A DNA stretch of 43,191 bases from positions 1 through 43,191 of the forward strand of contig JBIKWQ010000025.1 in NCBI GenBank assembly GCA_044356215.1, given 5' to 3'. Made by a program: the position numbers and the translations under genes. Below, piece after piece: positions 21,687-30,543 of the stretch; position 1 is the stretch's first letter, and the number at the start of each line of letters is the position of its first letter. The notes below the pieces were generated by a model. The model was not told the DNA's origin and made no database searches. It saw nothing but the letters and a program-made list of their open reading frames with translations. This DNA comes from Bdellovibrionota bacterium. GTDB lineage: Bacteria > Bdellovibrionota_C > UBA2361 > OMII01.

Positions 21687-22055
21687 CTATTTTAATGGAA
21701 GCAGCTTTATCCGAATGTATGGCGGGATGACAGAGACTACCGCTCCAAACATTAGCTCGTCGGCACATCTTTGGATTACGATGCCTACGCAGTCCGCAAC
21801 GGAGGCTCCTCTCAATCCCTCTTCCCTAATTCTTATAACGGACGGATTTTTTGCCCCAGAGGCCGCGAGTAAAGAGTGAAAATCGGCATCGAGAGTCACA
21901 ACAACAGCGCTCTTAGAGGCAGCATAATTGAGGATTTCCATATCGGTAGCAAACGCCAGAGAGATGTCGCCGACATGAGAAGCTTCGTGCCCCATATCTG
22001 TTAAAATTATGGCTGCCGAGCGAGGCAACCCTTGATCGAGGATCAATTTCATCAC
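21687..22055 (-). CDS. DUF5615-family PIN-like toxin
   Basis: LILDQGLP, ASHV, ATDMEIL, VTLDADF, PSVIRIR; overlaps the DUF433 gene stop. Confidence 0.85.
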   Translation of the reverse strand: MMKLILDQGLPRSAAIILTDMGHEASHVGDISLAFATDMEILNYAASKSAVVVTLDADFHSLLAASGAKNPSVIRIREEGLRGASVADCVGIVIQRCADELMFGAVVSVIPPYIRIKLLPLK

Positions 22056-22285
22056 TTCATTCCGCTCAATGGAATGATTCGATCCTCGACGCTTCTAGAC
22101 GCGTATTCTAGCGCCTGCTTGATATCTTCTTCTTCAATCTCAGGATACTCACGGAATAGCTCGTCGCGCGTTGGATAGCTCGCTAAGGCGCTTAGAAGAC
22201 GCTTAACGGTTACTCGGAGACCGCGGATGCAGGGCTGACCGTTCATGGTTTTTGGGTCTATTGTAATCCGGTTGAGAGTTGTCAT
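22052..22285 (-). CDS. DUF433-family antitoxin
   Basis: RITIDPKTMNGQPCIRGLRVTV...EYPEIEEEDIKQALEYA; RBS aggag; extended -10 TGcTATAAT at 22339-22347 (minus). Confidence 0.9.
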   Translation of the reverse strand: MTTLNRITIDPKTMNGQPCIRGLRVTVKRLLSALASYPTRDELFREYPEIEEEDIKQALEYASRSVEDRIIPLSGMK

Positions 22286-22386
22286 TTAGCTCCTATTGGC
22301 AGGCGCATTATTTTAGACCCGTAGATGCCGCTCCTCGGATTATAGCAAATCTTCTCGCGGTTCTACAGAGAAGAGTAAACACTCAT

Positions 22387-22549
22387 TAGGGCGTCGCAGT
22401 TCTTTATCACCACGGAGGACGCAGAGGACACAGAGAACGGCCATTTTATGGGCAGTTATGGGGTATTCTCTGTGTCCTCTGCGTCCTCTGTGGTAAAAAA
22501 TATTTTGCTAATTATCCCAGCAGTTTGCCAAGAATACTGCGGCGCCCTG
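22387..22549. mobile_element. 163-bp MITE-like element with 14-bp terminal inverted repeats and 9-bp target-site duplication
   Basis: Ends tagggcgtcgcagt / actgcggcgccctg (12/14 complementary); flanked by aacactcat at 22378-22386 and 22550-22558. Confidence 0.75.
22409..22494. repeat. 29-bp inverted repeat built from a 9-bp unit (CACAGAGGA type), nested in the MITE
   Basis: accacggaggacgcagaggacacagagaa (22409-22437) versus ttctctgtgtcctctgcgtcctctgtggt (22466-22494), 28/29 complementary. Confidence 0.85.
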
Positions 22550-22783
22550 AACACTCATGATTCAGTCAAATAAATATGTGTTAGCCGGTGAGCCTCGTCT
22601 ATAACCAGAGTCTCTCCGCCACGATTGAAAAAATTTGAGCCTAAACAGTTTATAATACTAGAAGTTTTATTGGTTTTTTGGTCTGGTAAACAATACGCAC
22701 AGAGAAATTTGACCAAATGATCCCAAATCGAGTAATCTTCCCCACCTTAATTAAGATTTCTCAATTAGGAGCGTAGTACAATC

Positions 22784-22894
22784 ATGCCATCACCTACAAA
22801 GATCACTTGGGCCCGCCGCGACGCGAGAGACGCTAAGCTCCTTAAGAAGCGTAATAAGAGAGCTAATAAGGTTAATGCTAAGAAGAGCAAGTAA
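22784..22894 (+). CDS. Small highly basic protein, 36 aa (below the ORF-track cutoff)
   Basis: MPSPTKITWARRDARDAKLLKKRNKRANKVNAKKSK*; RBS aggag upstream; candidate promoter TTGACC (22709-22714)-N18-TAATCT (22733-22738). Confidence 0.65.
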   Translation: MPSPTKITWARRDARDAKLLKKRNKRANKVNAKKSK

Positions 22895-22911
22895 CCCTAG
22901 CTTTAATAAGC

Positions 22912-25062
22912 CTACCACCTTCGATTTCCGAATACCCCTGTAGGGGCCAGGATCAATCTAACTACTAACCCGGCTAAGAATCCAAGCAACACTGGGGCTA
23001 CAAGCGGAACAAAGGTCCCCACTTTAAAGAGAGCTAGCTCGGTAAAGGAGCAAGCCATCAGAAATCCAAACGGTACTAAGATGCCTGGAAGCCCCGCTAA
23101 AGATGCGACCATAACGGTTGAGGTCACAGCTAACGCTATTATCAACAATCCATCCCACTGCGAAGAGAGCCTTGAGATCCAGTCGTGCTTTATGATGTTG
23201 GATGCCGCGGTAGCGTGAATCTCTGTTCCAAACATTCCAGCGTCAAAAGGTGTGGTGAAGGCTTCTCGTTGCGAAGGACCAGTTCGGCTTTGAAGAGTTA
23301 GCCCGACAAAGACGATAGCATCTTTAAACGCCTCTTTTGGAATCCTACGCTCATCAGATATTACGTCGTGGTAAGAGAATCTCCGAACAGTAGGAACGGG
23401 TCCGTAGTAGTTAATCATATCGCGCGGACCAGGAGCGGTGTAACTCCCCTCCTCGCCTAGAGCGGCTTCCGCGAGAGGCCGACCCTCTGGTAATAGAGAC
23501 GATCTCTCGGTTTGAAATCGATATATGCGACTGTTCTCAAGAGGCAAACCCACGAGCCCAATCCCGGCAGAGCGACTCTCGAAGGCCTCCGCGGGACGGA
23601 TTACCTGCTCAAGCATAAATGTGCCGTTAAGTGTGGCTTGTCGTGAATAGCCTATACTGGCGCCTAAGATCGTTGGCATCTTGCTCAGTGACTCAGCGAA
23701 CTCCTGATCCCCCGGCGGATCTTCTGATTGATTAACAAAGAGTATATCAAAGACGACTCGCTTCGCTCCGGCCTCGTGGAGTTTATTAATTAACTTACTG
23801 TGTAAACGTCTAGGCCAGGCGCTGGCCATTGGAATACCAAGCTCTAAATAGCTCTGCTCATCTATCGCAACCACCGCAACCTCGGAGCTAGGTTTCTGCG
23901 CACCCCTGATATTAAAAAGAGCGTCTAGCTGAGCTCTCTCGGCTATCTTTCCTGCGGGAGAGAGGCATGTGTACGCTATAAGGCCGGCCAAAACAGTGGC
24001 GACAACCCCCTCGCGTAACGTAAGTAATCGAGGCTTAAAAGAGGTTAAGGCACTGGCTATCTGACGGGCTTTAAATATCCCTGTTCCAGTAGTTGTAACG
24101 TTAATTCCAACAGAAGATGTGACTAAGTCACTGGCAGCCTCTGTTGGCACGTGCGAGGCCAAGGTTTGTAGGAACCCACGCGCGGAGTTCATACGCTGAG
24201 TCGGATTAGGATTTAGAAGTTGTAACACACCATCTGCTAACCACGCCGGGATATCCTCTCTGTGAACGCGCGGGTCTGCTGGGCGCTCCTCTACTTTGCG
24301 CATAATTAAGCGCGCCGGGATATTGTCCTCAATCGGTAGGTGTCCAGTTAGTAGCTCGTATAAGATAGCTCCAAGAGCGTAGTAATCAACGGCGGGAGTA
24401 ACCTTCTCGCCCACTAGGGTTTCTGGCGCGAGATACGATATTGTACCTAAGATCTGCTCCGCTCCACCGGTTAACATCGAGACATCACCGCGAGCGACAC
24501 CGAAATCGGTTATCTTAACTCTTAGTGAGTCAACCACCATGATGTTATCCGGTTTAAGATCGCGGTGTATTACTCCAACGCCGTGAATCGCCGAGATACC
24601 GCGGCAGATCTGCAGAGCTATCTTAAGAATAACCGGAATCGGCAAAACCTCCTCGCTCATTAGAGAGGTTAGCGTTTTGCCACTTAGGTACTCCATCGTA
24701 TAGAAACGAGTGTTACCTTCCTGTCCAAAATCAAATGTACGTACAACGTTTTCGTGGTGGATCTTATGAGTGAGCCGCACTTCGCGCAGGAATCTTTCAG
24801 CGACACTATCGCCGCTAGGGCCCGAATGTTTTAGGATCTTAAGGGCTACTGTTGTTTCACCGAGAACTAGATCTTCAGCTAAATAAACAGAGGCCATTCC
24901 ACCAGCGCCTAGAGTGCGGATGATCTTATAGCGCCCAGCGACCACAGCGCCTGTTGAGAGGTACGCCCCGCCCGAGGACGACGGTGATTGCTGCGAGGGA
25001 GAATTTCCGTGGTGTTGATGTGTCATACTAAGTGACTCATCGGCAGATCCACTAGAAACCAT
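22912..25062 (-). CDS. Membrane Hanks-type Ser/Thr kinase with CHASE2 sensor domain
   Basis: GAGGMASVY, VALK, HRDLKPDN, DFG, YLAPE; then a TM helix, CHASE2 motifs (VVAIDEQS, WPR..H..LI..L, VFDILF, GTEIHA) and three C-terminal TM segments. Start could be ATG 25026. Confidence 0.9.
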   Translation of the reverse strand: MVSSGSADESLSMTHQHHGNSPSQQSPSSSGGAYLSTGAVVAGRYKIIRTLGAGGMASVYLAEDLVLGETTVALKILKHSGPSGDSVAERFLREVRLTHKIHHENVVRTFDFGQEGNTRFYTMEYLSGKTLTSLMSEEVLPIPVILKIALQICRGISAIHGVGVIHRDLKPDNIMVVDSLRVKITDFGVARGDVSMLTGGAEQILGTISYLAPETLVGEKVTPAVDYYALGAILYELLTGHLPIEDNIPARLIMRKVEERPADPRVHREDIPAWLADGVLQLLNPNPTQRMNSARGFLQTLASHVPTEAASDLVTSSVGINVTTTGTGIFKARQIASALTSFKPRLLTLREGVVATVLAGLIAYTCLSPAGKIAERAQLDALFNIRGAQKPSSEVAVVAIDEQSYLELGIPMASAWPRRLHSKLINKLHEAGAKRVVFDILFVNQSEDPPGDQEFAESLSKMPTILGASIGYSRQATLNGTFMLEQVIRPAEAFESRSAGIGLVGLPLENSRIYRFQTERSSLLPEGRPLAEAALGEEGSYTAPGPRDMINYYGPVPTVRRFSYHDVISDERRIPKEAFKDAIVFVGLTLQSRTGPSQREAFTTPFDAGMFGTEIHATAASNIIKHDWISRLSSQWDGLLIIALAVTSTVMVASLAGLPGILVPFGFLMACSFTELALFKVGTFVPLVAPVLLGFLAGLVVRLILAPTGVFGNRRW

Positions 25063-25318
25063 TAGGGGAAATTTTTAAAAGCGAGATGAAAAGTTATAAG
25101 TGGTTGATTGGGTTGGGGAAATAGAGGAGAGAGGCGTAAAGTATGAGCGGCGAAGAGTCGTGATTCGCTGAGGGGTATCTCTTAATGTGGCGGATATTTT
25201 TTAACACAAAGGTGAGACATAGATTATTAGAGAAGGGATGGCTTCTCCTGTCTTTAATTTACACCCACCCATCGATAATGCTATCGTAATACTAAAAGCC
25301 GATCGATACTAAATAATA

Positions 25319-25525
25319 ATGAAAAAAGTAAAAATATCCCCTAAATTCCAGGTTGTAATCCCCGAGGAAATTCGAGTGGCCATGCGATTAAAGCCTGGGC
25401 AAACTATCTGTGTTTTTCAGTATGAGAACAGGATTGAATACATCCCCGTGAAATCAATGAAAGAGATGCGCGGATTTCTCGCGGGAATCGATACTCGGAT
25501 TGAAAGAGACACTGACAGGTTATGA
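25319..25525 (+). CDS. vapB: AbrB/MazE-fold antitoxin
   Basis: KISPKFQVVIPEEIR..MRLKPGQ; 4-nt overlap with the PIN gene; short IR cgata-atgc-tatcg at 25273-25286. Confidence 0.88.
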   Translation: MKKVKISPKFQVVIPEEIRVAMRLKPGQTICVFQYENRIEYIPVKSMKEMRGFLAGIDTRIERDTDRL

Positions 25526-25893
25526 ATGTTGTAGACTCATCAGCTTGGCTGGAATACTTCTCAAATAGTAAATACGCAAAAAATTTCGCTAAAGCTATTG
25601 AATCGACGGAGACCTTATTAGTCCCAACCATTTCAATCTTTGAAGTATTCAAGAAAGTAACAAAAGAAAGAGGAGAAGATCTCGCCCTGCAGGCCGTTGC
25701 TTTAATGCAGCAGGGAAGAGTCGTGGCGTTAGATGTCTCAATATCTCTTACCGCGTCCAAGATTAGCTTGGAGCTTAATATTCCGATGGCAGATAGTATT
25801 ATCCTCGCCACCGCGCGACTTCACAAAGCGACTCTTTGGACTCAAGACTCTGATTTTTGTGGATTGGATGGGGTTAGGTATTTTAAAAAGTGA
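25522..25893 (+). CDS. vapC: VapC PIN-domain ribonuclease toxin
   Basis: VVDSSAWLEYF, PTISIFEV, MADSIILATA, LWTQDSDF. Confidence 0.92.
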   Translation: MNVVDSSAWLEYFSNSKYAKNFAKAIESTETLLVPTISIFEVFKKVTKERGEDLALQAVALMQQGRVVALDVSISLTASKISLELNIPMADSIILATARLHKATLWTQDSDFCGLDGVRYFKK

Positions 25894-25973
25894 GAATTTT
25901 GAGGCCGCGCATGGCTTCTCGAATTGCATAGTTTATACTCCGCGTCCACGGCCTCACAGCCGCAATCGCGCAA

Positions 25974-27173
25974 TCAGAGCCCCAATTCCTTGATTCCCAT
26001 CTCCCAAGGTAAGACGTTTATTCCTGAAATAACTTTCGGTATAGGGTCTAGAGATAGACAAAATCTCTCTGAGTTGGAGATATCCGGGCCCAAGAGAGCC
26101 AAGCTGCGTAGGTGCTCATCGTCGATTCGTTCACTGGATTTAATCTCCACAAGCGCTCTGGGCGCGCCCGGCCTCTCAATTACAAGATCAATCTCCAGGT
26201 CATCTTTTGTGCGTAGATATGAGAATCTGAAATTTCTATCCAGATATGAGTTTCTCCGAATCAGCTCACACACGATGAAGTGCTCAAAGACCCTTCCAAA
26301 ACTATAGCTTCTTGGGGTCGGATGCTCGCCTAGGCATCCCATCAACGCTCTCTGAACACCGATATCAAAGAGATAATATTTCGGGGCGGCGCGTTGCCGT
26401 TTTCGAATCGATTCGTGAAACGGTTCTATGCGTTCGGCTAGTAGTGTGTCCTCTAATATCTGATAGTAACTCTGCACCGTGTGCGGGCTAACGCCGACAT
26501 CACGGGCAGTTTTCGCATAATTTAAAATCTGCCCGTTATCTTGCGCGGCAACCTCCAAGAAGCGACGAAACGGTGGAGCAGAGCGGGCAATTTGCTCTTC
26601 GAGGATCTCTTCTCGCAAGTATGTATGCACATACACCCTTAGTAGTTCAGCGCGCACTTCCTCTGAGCTTTCGGTTATAATTCGTGGCAGGGACCCCCAT
26701 CGCAGGGCATCAGTTAAAGAATACGAGGATGGAAATTCTGAATGGCAGAGCGGGTAAAGATGCCGTAGAAACGCCCTGCCAGCGAGTAGGTTCGCTCTAC
26801 CTCTCCGCAGCTTCCTGGTGCTGGAACCAGTTAGCGCGAAAAGCAGCTGCCTTTCTTTTGGGCGCTCCTGCCCTATGCCCATCCTTGAACGGCTGTGTGC
26901 CTCAATCTCTAGATGCACCATGTTAAGAATCTCTGGGACTCTCTGCACCTCATCAATGACAACCCACTGCCGTCCCATACCGAGGCGAGCTATACGCTCC
27001 GAGAGAAGCCCTGGTCGTTGCGAAAGCTCGTCAAAGTCTCGCGCTGTCAGAAGGTCAATGTAGTGCGTTTGCTCTGGTGGAAGTCGCTCGCGAAGCAGCC
27101 AACTTTTACCAGTTCCGCGCGCTCCGAACAGAAAGAAACTGTATGATTCTGGGAGGTTAATCGCTCGTTGCAT
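25974..27173 (-). CDS. AAA+ ATPase (AAA_14) with DUF4143 / PD-(D/E)xK-like C-terminus
   Basis: GARGTGKS, VIDEVQR, LTGSS, LAGRA, PKYYLFDIGV, FEHFI, EIDLV...LVEIKS. Start placed at ATG 27173; the longer track ORF overlaps higA. Confidence 0.88.
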   Translation of the reverse strand: MQRAINLPESYSFFLFGARGTGKSWLLRERLPPEQTHYIDLLTARDFDELSQRPGLLSERIARLGMGRQWVVIDEVQRVPEILNMVHLEIEAHSRSRMGIGQERPKERQLLFALTGSSTRKLRRGRANLLAGRAFLRHLYPLCHSEFPSSYSLTDALRWGSLPRIITESSEEVRAELLRVYVHTYLREEILEEQIARSAPPFRRFLEVAAQDNGQILNYAKTARDVGVSPHTVQSYYQILEDTLLAERIEPFHESIRKRQRAAPKYYLFDIGVQRALMGCLGEHPTPRSYSFGRVFEHFIVCELIRRNSYLDRNFRFSYLRTKDDLEIDLVIERPGAPRALVEIKSSERIDDEHLRSLALLGPDISNSERFCLSLDPIPKVISGINVLPWEMGIKELGL

Positions 27174-27178
27174 ATCGC

Positions 27179-27203
27179 TGCATATTTGGCTGCCAAATAT
27201 GCA
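27179..27203. promoter_or_regulatory. Perfect 12-bp-arm palindrome just upstream of the ATPase start (putative operator)
   Basis: tgcatatttggc-t-gccaaatatgca, 5 nt upstream of ATG 27173. Confidence 0.6.
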
Positions 27204-27315
27204 TATGGTTGCATGATTATCTGGGCGTGTCCAGAATAAAGGATCCCTAGCAGTAGTTATCTTTTGGCAGTTTTTACGAGTATTTAGGAACTTAGCGGCG
27301 TTTTTGCCGCCCGCG

Positions 27316-27609
27316 CTAAGCAGCCAATTTTTCAACCTTGATCTTTAACTTCTTAGACTTTACTCGCGCGAGCGCCAAATCATACATACTCTGCTGATTC
27401 ATCCACGACTCCGCGGACGTGCTGAATGCCATAGATAAGCGAATCGCCATAAGTGGACTAATACCGGCCTTGCCATTGAGAAGCTCTGAGAGGCTCTTGC
27501 GAGATACTCCAAGCGCCTGTGCTGCCTCAGCTACAGTTAAGCCTAGTGGCTCAATGCAAAGCTCTCTAATTATCGCTCCAGGGTGTGGTGGATTATGCAT
27601 GTCCTTCAT
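27316..27609 (-). CDS. higA: HigA antitoxin (XRE HTH)
   Basis: [45 protein letters not shown]. Confidence 0.93.
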   Translation of the reverse strand: MKDMHNPPHPGAIIRELCIEPLGLTVAEAAQALGVSRKSLSELLNGKAGISPLMAIRLSMAFSTSAESWMNQQSMYDLALARVKSKKLKIKVEKLAA

Positions 27610-27620
27610 AAGCTATATCC

Positions 27621-27899
27621 TCAATGATAATCAACGTAGTCAACATCAACTGCATCTTTCCCGTTAAAACTAAAAACAACTCGCCAATTTCCATTAACTG
27701 TCACGGCATATTTGCCTTTCATGGAGCCTCTCAGAGGGTGAAGCCTTAGCCCAGGTAATGACATGTCTCGTGCCGAGCAGGCCGCCGCAAGTCTTGCTAA
27801 AATGAGTCGCAACTTGTTTGCATGGTCTGCGCTGATCCCAGAAAGATCTCCTGATTCAAAAAACCTCTTAAGACCTTTATGCCTGAAATTTTTTATCAT
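27621..27899 (-). CDS. higB: HigB toxin (RelE superfamily)
   Basis: MIKNFRHKGLKRFF, LHPLRG, VTVNGNWRVVFSF, VDYVDYH; start placed at ATG 27899. Confidence 0.93.
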   Translation of the reverse strand: MIKNFRHKGLKRFFESGDLSGISADHANKLRLILARLAAACSARDMSLPGLRLHPLRGSMKGKYAVTVNGNWRVVFSFNGKDAVDVDYVDYH

Positions 27900-27906
27900 T
27901 ACACAG

Positions 27907-27935
27907 ACGGTAACGTGAAACGTTGCGGGTGTCAA
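27907..27935 (-). promoter_or_regulatory. higBA promoter with operator palindrome in the spacer
   Basis: TTGACA (27935-27930)-N17-TACCGT (27912-27907); IR gtaacgt-gaa-acgttgc at 27910-27926. Confidence 0.75.
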
Positions 27936-28011
27936 ATATAAATTGAACGCCCCTCTTTAAGCCTGGCGAATGCACGCCAAATCAGGATTAAGGGCAACCG
28001 TTCTCTTTAGG

Positions 28012-28893
28012 TTAGTAACCCCCAACGCCCCCCAACACCTCGCGCGGATAATCAGTCATCATCATATCCACCCCGCGCGACTTTAAGTATCGCCACATCT
28101 CAGGAGTATCAAAGCTTGAGGTCGCTAGATTAAGAGCCACTAGGATATTTTTCGCGTGAGCCTCTTTTACCGCGCTTGAAGTTATCCAACGCTCTAGCTC
28201 AACAGCCTCTATCGGTAGCTTTAACGCGCTCTCTAGCGTTGCCTCGTCTTTGCACCTAATTAAGATCCGCGCTTTGGGCCAACGTCTAAGAACTAATTTC
28301 GCTCGCTCAACAGATCTTATCTGTATTAACGATCTACTTAATAAACCGCGCGATGAAATTAAATTTAGTACAGCTAGAGTTAAACTATCTGACTCGCCTT
28401 TTAAGTCCAGTTGCAAAGTAGAGCTTGGATGCTCACTAATTAGATCTAGAGCCTGCGCGAGCGTTGGTATCCCTACCTGGCCAAGCTTATCTAATTTTAC
28501 TTTAGAGCGGAGCTCGCTTGTTAAAGACGAGATCGGAGCGCCAAGAATATTATCTGGAGCGAATGAATTCCTCTTATTTAAACTTCCATCGTGAAAAAGA
28601 AACAGCTCGCCATCTTTAGCCTGTCTTACATCGACCTCAAGATTATCAACCCCGCTTAAGATAGTTCGCTTTAGAGTTGGTATAGAGTTATCGATATCTT
28701 CAGCTTTATGCAGGCTCCCTCTGTGGGCAACGACGACTGTTTTTAAACTAGGTGCCGGATCTAGTCGTTTTAACTGAATAAGCGCTGAGATGTAGCAGCC
28801 GCTAGCTGAAAGAACTAGTAATGATAAAAGCGCGGCGAAGGAAAACTTCTTAAAGCTCCGACCTAGTCCACGCCGTAGATAATGAATCAGCAT
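28012..28893 (-). CDS. Glycerophosphodiester phosphodiesterase family protein, probable lipoprotein
   Basis: VAHRG, LEVDV, LFHD, IPTL..AL, GVDMMMTDYP; hydrophobic stretch ending LSASGC (lipobox-like). Start uncertain (44-nt overlap with rnhA). Confidence 0.85.
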   Translation of the reverse strand: MLIHYLRRGLGRSFKKFSFAALLSLLVLSASGCYISALIQLKRLDPAPSLKTVVVAHRGSLHKAEDIDNSIPTLKRTILSGVDNLEVDVRQAKDGELFLFHDGSLNKRNSFAPDNILGAPISSLTSELRSKVKLDKLGQVGIPTLAQALDLISEHPSSTLQLDLKGESDSLTLAVLNLISSRGLLSRSLIQIRSVERAKLVLRRWPKARILIRCKDEATLESALKLPIEAVELERWITSSAVKEAHAKNILVALNLATSSFDTPEMWRYLKSRGVDMMMTDYPREVLGGVGGY

Positions 28894-29341
28894 ACTCGTT
28901 CCAAAGCCAGCCGTTGTGAGCCTTAATCCAGCGCAGTTTTATCTTGGGCTTCTTTTTACTTAAAGCGTAAAGCTCCTGCACAAGCTCAAGATTGGCTATC
29001 GGCCCAGTGCTACGCTTCCAGCCGCGACGTTCCCAGCTAGCTGCCCATTCATTAATTGTTTTTACACAGAGCTGGCTGTCTGAATGGACCTCTATAAAGG
29101 CGTTATCAGGAAGAGCCGAGAAAGCTTTAATGAGAGCGGTCAGCTCCATGCGGTTGTTTGTTGTTTGCGGAGAGTGTCCGTGCTCTTGGTGAACTACCTC
29201 GCCATTAACAACGTGAACATAGCCCCACCCTCCAGGGCCAGGATTTGGCTGACATCCACCATCTGTAAAGACCCCAGTTTGCGGGCCCGCTGAGTAGCTC
29301 TCTAGAACTTCTTGTAGCGTCATGGTGTGTCCATTACTCAA
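28850..29341 (-). CDS. rnhA: Ribonuclease HI
   Basis: FTDGGCQPNPGPGGWG, TTNNRMELTA, SDSQ, WIKAHNG, NEYADSL. Confidence 0.95.
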   Translation of the reverse strand: MSNGHTMTLQEVLESYSAGPQTGVFTDGGCQPNPGPGGWGYVHVVNGEVVHQEHGHSPQTTNNRMELTALIKAFSALPDNAFIEVHSDSQLCVKTINEWAASWERRGWKRSTGPIANLELVQELYALSKKKPKIKLRWIKAHNGWLWNEYADSLSTAWTRSEL

Positions 29342-29951
29342 CCTTCTTGTGGAGACGCTCCATAAGCCCTGAGAACTTATCTTTACGGATTATCCCTGAG
29401 AACTCATTTCGGTAATTAGCAACAAGGCCGATATTCTCAATCACCACATCGTAAACCTGCCATGAGCCAGTTGTTCCGGCCATCATTTTGTAATCGATCG
29501 GGAAGGTATCGCCGTTGCTGATTACCACGGTCTTTACCACCGCGCGTGGTGGCTCGATCTGCTCGCTCTCAACTTTAACCATGCCAGGTTTAACTGTCTC
29601 AATCTTTGAGAGATAAGTACGAGCTAAAAGCTCAGAGAAAACCTTCGTGAACTCAGATTGCTCGCTTTCTGAGAGGTCATTCCAGTTAGCCCCCAAAGAT
29701 CGCTTCGACATCTCAGCGAAGTTAAACTTAGGGTTGATTAGCTCGCGAAGCTTCTGCCTTCTAACAGTTTTGGCGGAGTCACCAGAGTGCTCACCGGCTA
29801 TCGATATAATGCTGTCGATCGTTTGTACCATCTCAGCCTTAGGTGAGCCCTTGCTTGGGTCGGCTATTACAGTTGACGCAAACAGGAACACACAACTTAG
29901 TAAACCAAAAAAACTTCTCTTCATACCTTTAAAACCCTCCAATAAAATCAT
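29334..29951 (-). CDS. mlaC: Phospholipid-binding periplasmic protein MlaC
   Basis: Signal peptide, FNFAEMSKRSLG, IDYKM, WQVYDVVIENIGLVANYRNEF; start may be ATG 29924. Confidence 0.9.
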   Translation of the reverse strand: MILLEGFKGMKRSFFGLLSCVFLFASTVIADPSKGSPKAEMVQTIDSIISIAGEHSGDSAKTVRRQKLRELINPKFNFAEMSKRSLGANWNDLSESEQSEFTKVFSELLARTYLSKIETVKPGMVKVESEQIEPPRAVVKTVVISNGDTFPIDYKMMAGTTGSWQVYDVVIENIGLVANYRNEFSGIIRKDKFSGLMERLHKKVE

Positions 29952-29970
29952 TGCTACTGGTGTGTAGCGG

Positions 29971-30543
29971 TTACTTATCTTTATTCGCGCCGCCCTTATC
30001 GTTATCCTTGTTGGCGTCTTTTTCCTCGTCCTTCTCTCCAGTCAGACTGTGAACAACTTTTCCTATAACGTCTTCTAGGTCGACCACAGACTCCGTCTCT
30101 GGCATCGTCTGACCAGCCTCAATATAAGTGTCAGAGGCCCCACGAGAGATCTTTACGTAACGATCGCCGATAATTCCCTTGGTGCGAATAGAGGCGATGT
30201 CGTCGTCTTTTATCTTAACAGCGCGTGTAAGTTTCAGAGCTACACGAGCAGCCGGGTCTTTTAGAGTGATATCCGACACAACTCCTATAGGAACTCCAGC
30301 TATCTCAACAGAGGCGCCGTATTTTAAGCCTGATATGTTATCGAACTCAGCGTATATGGTGTAGTTGTTCCCCTCCCCTAGCTCAAGTCCGGCTAGACCA
30401 ACCGCTAAGTAAGCGGCGGCAGCCACTCCCGCGGCGGCGAAAAGACCTACGAAGAGCTCAAGCGAGAATGAGCGCCTAGGCACGGTGAGCTGCGTTGATT
30501 GCTCGGGTTTATTGAATTTTGATTGGTCCATCCGTTCTACCAT
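29971..30543 (-). CDS. mlaD: MCE-domain protein MlaD
   Basis: ELFVGLF TM helix, FDNISGLK.GA.V.IAGV.IG.V, IRTKGIIGDRYV; start may be ATG 30528. Confidence 0.92.
   Translation of the reverse strand: MVERMDQSKFNKPEQSTQLTVPRRSFSLELFVGLFAAAGVAAAAYLAVGLAGLELGEGNNYTIYAEFDNISGLKYGASVEIAGVPIGVVSDITLKDPAARVALKLTRAVKIKDDDIASIRTKGIIGDRYVKISRGASDTYIEAGQTMPETESVVDLEDVIGKVVHSLTGEKDEEKDANKDNDKGGANKDK

Noticed and set aside
25097..25109. Consensus IHF site (AATCAA-N4-TTA, minus strand) upstream of the kinase gene
   Set aside because: A single short match with no supporting context; plausible but uninformative.
27174..27335. 54-aa N-terminal extension of the ATPase in the ORF track
   Set aside because: Overlaps higA and the operator palindrome; family-like sequence begins at ATG 27173.
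27943..28005. ~60-bp imperfect hairpin with AAC...GTT ends upstream of higBA, attC-like in size
   Set aside because: Ends do not fit RYYYAAC/GTTRRRY, there is no partner site after higA and no integron integrase in the window.
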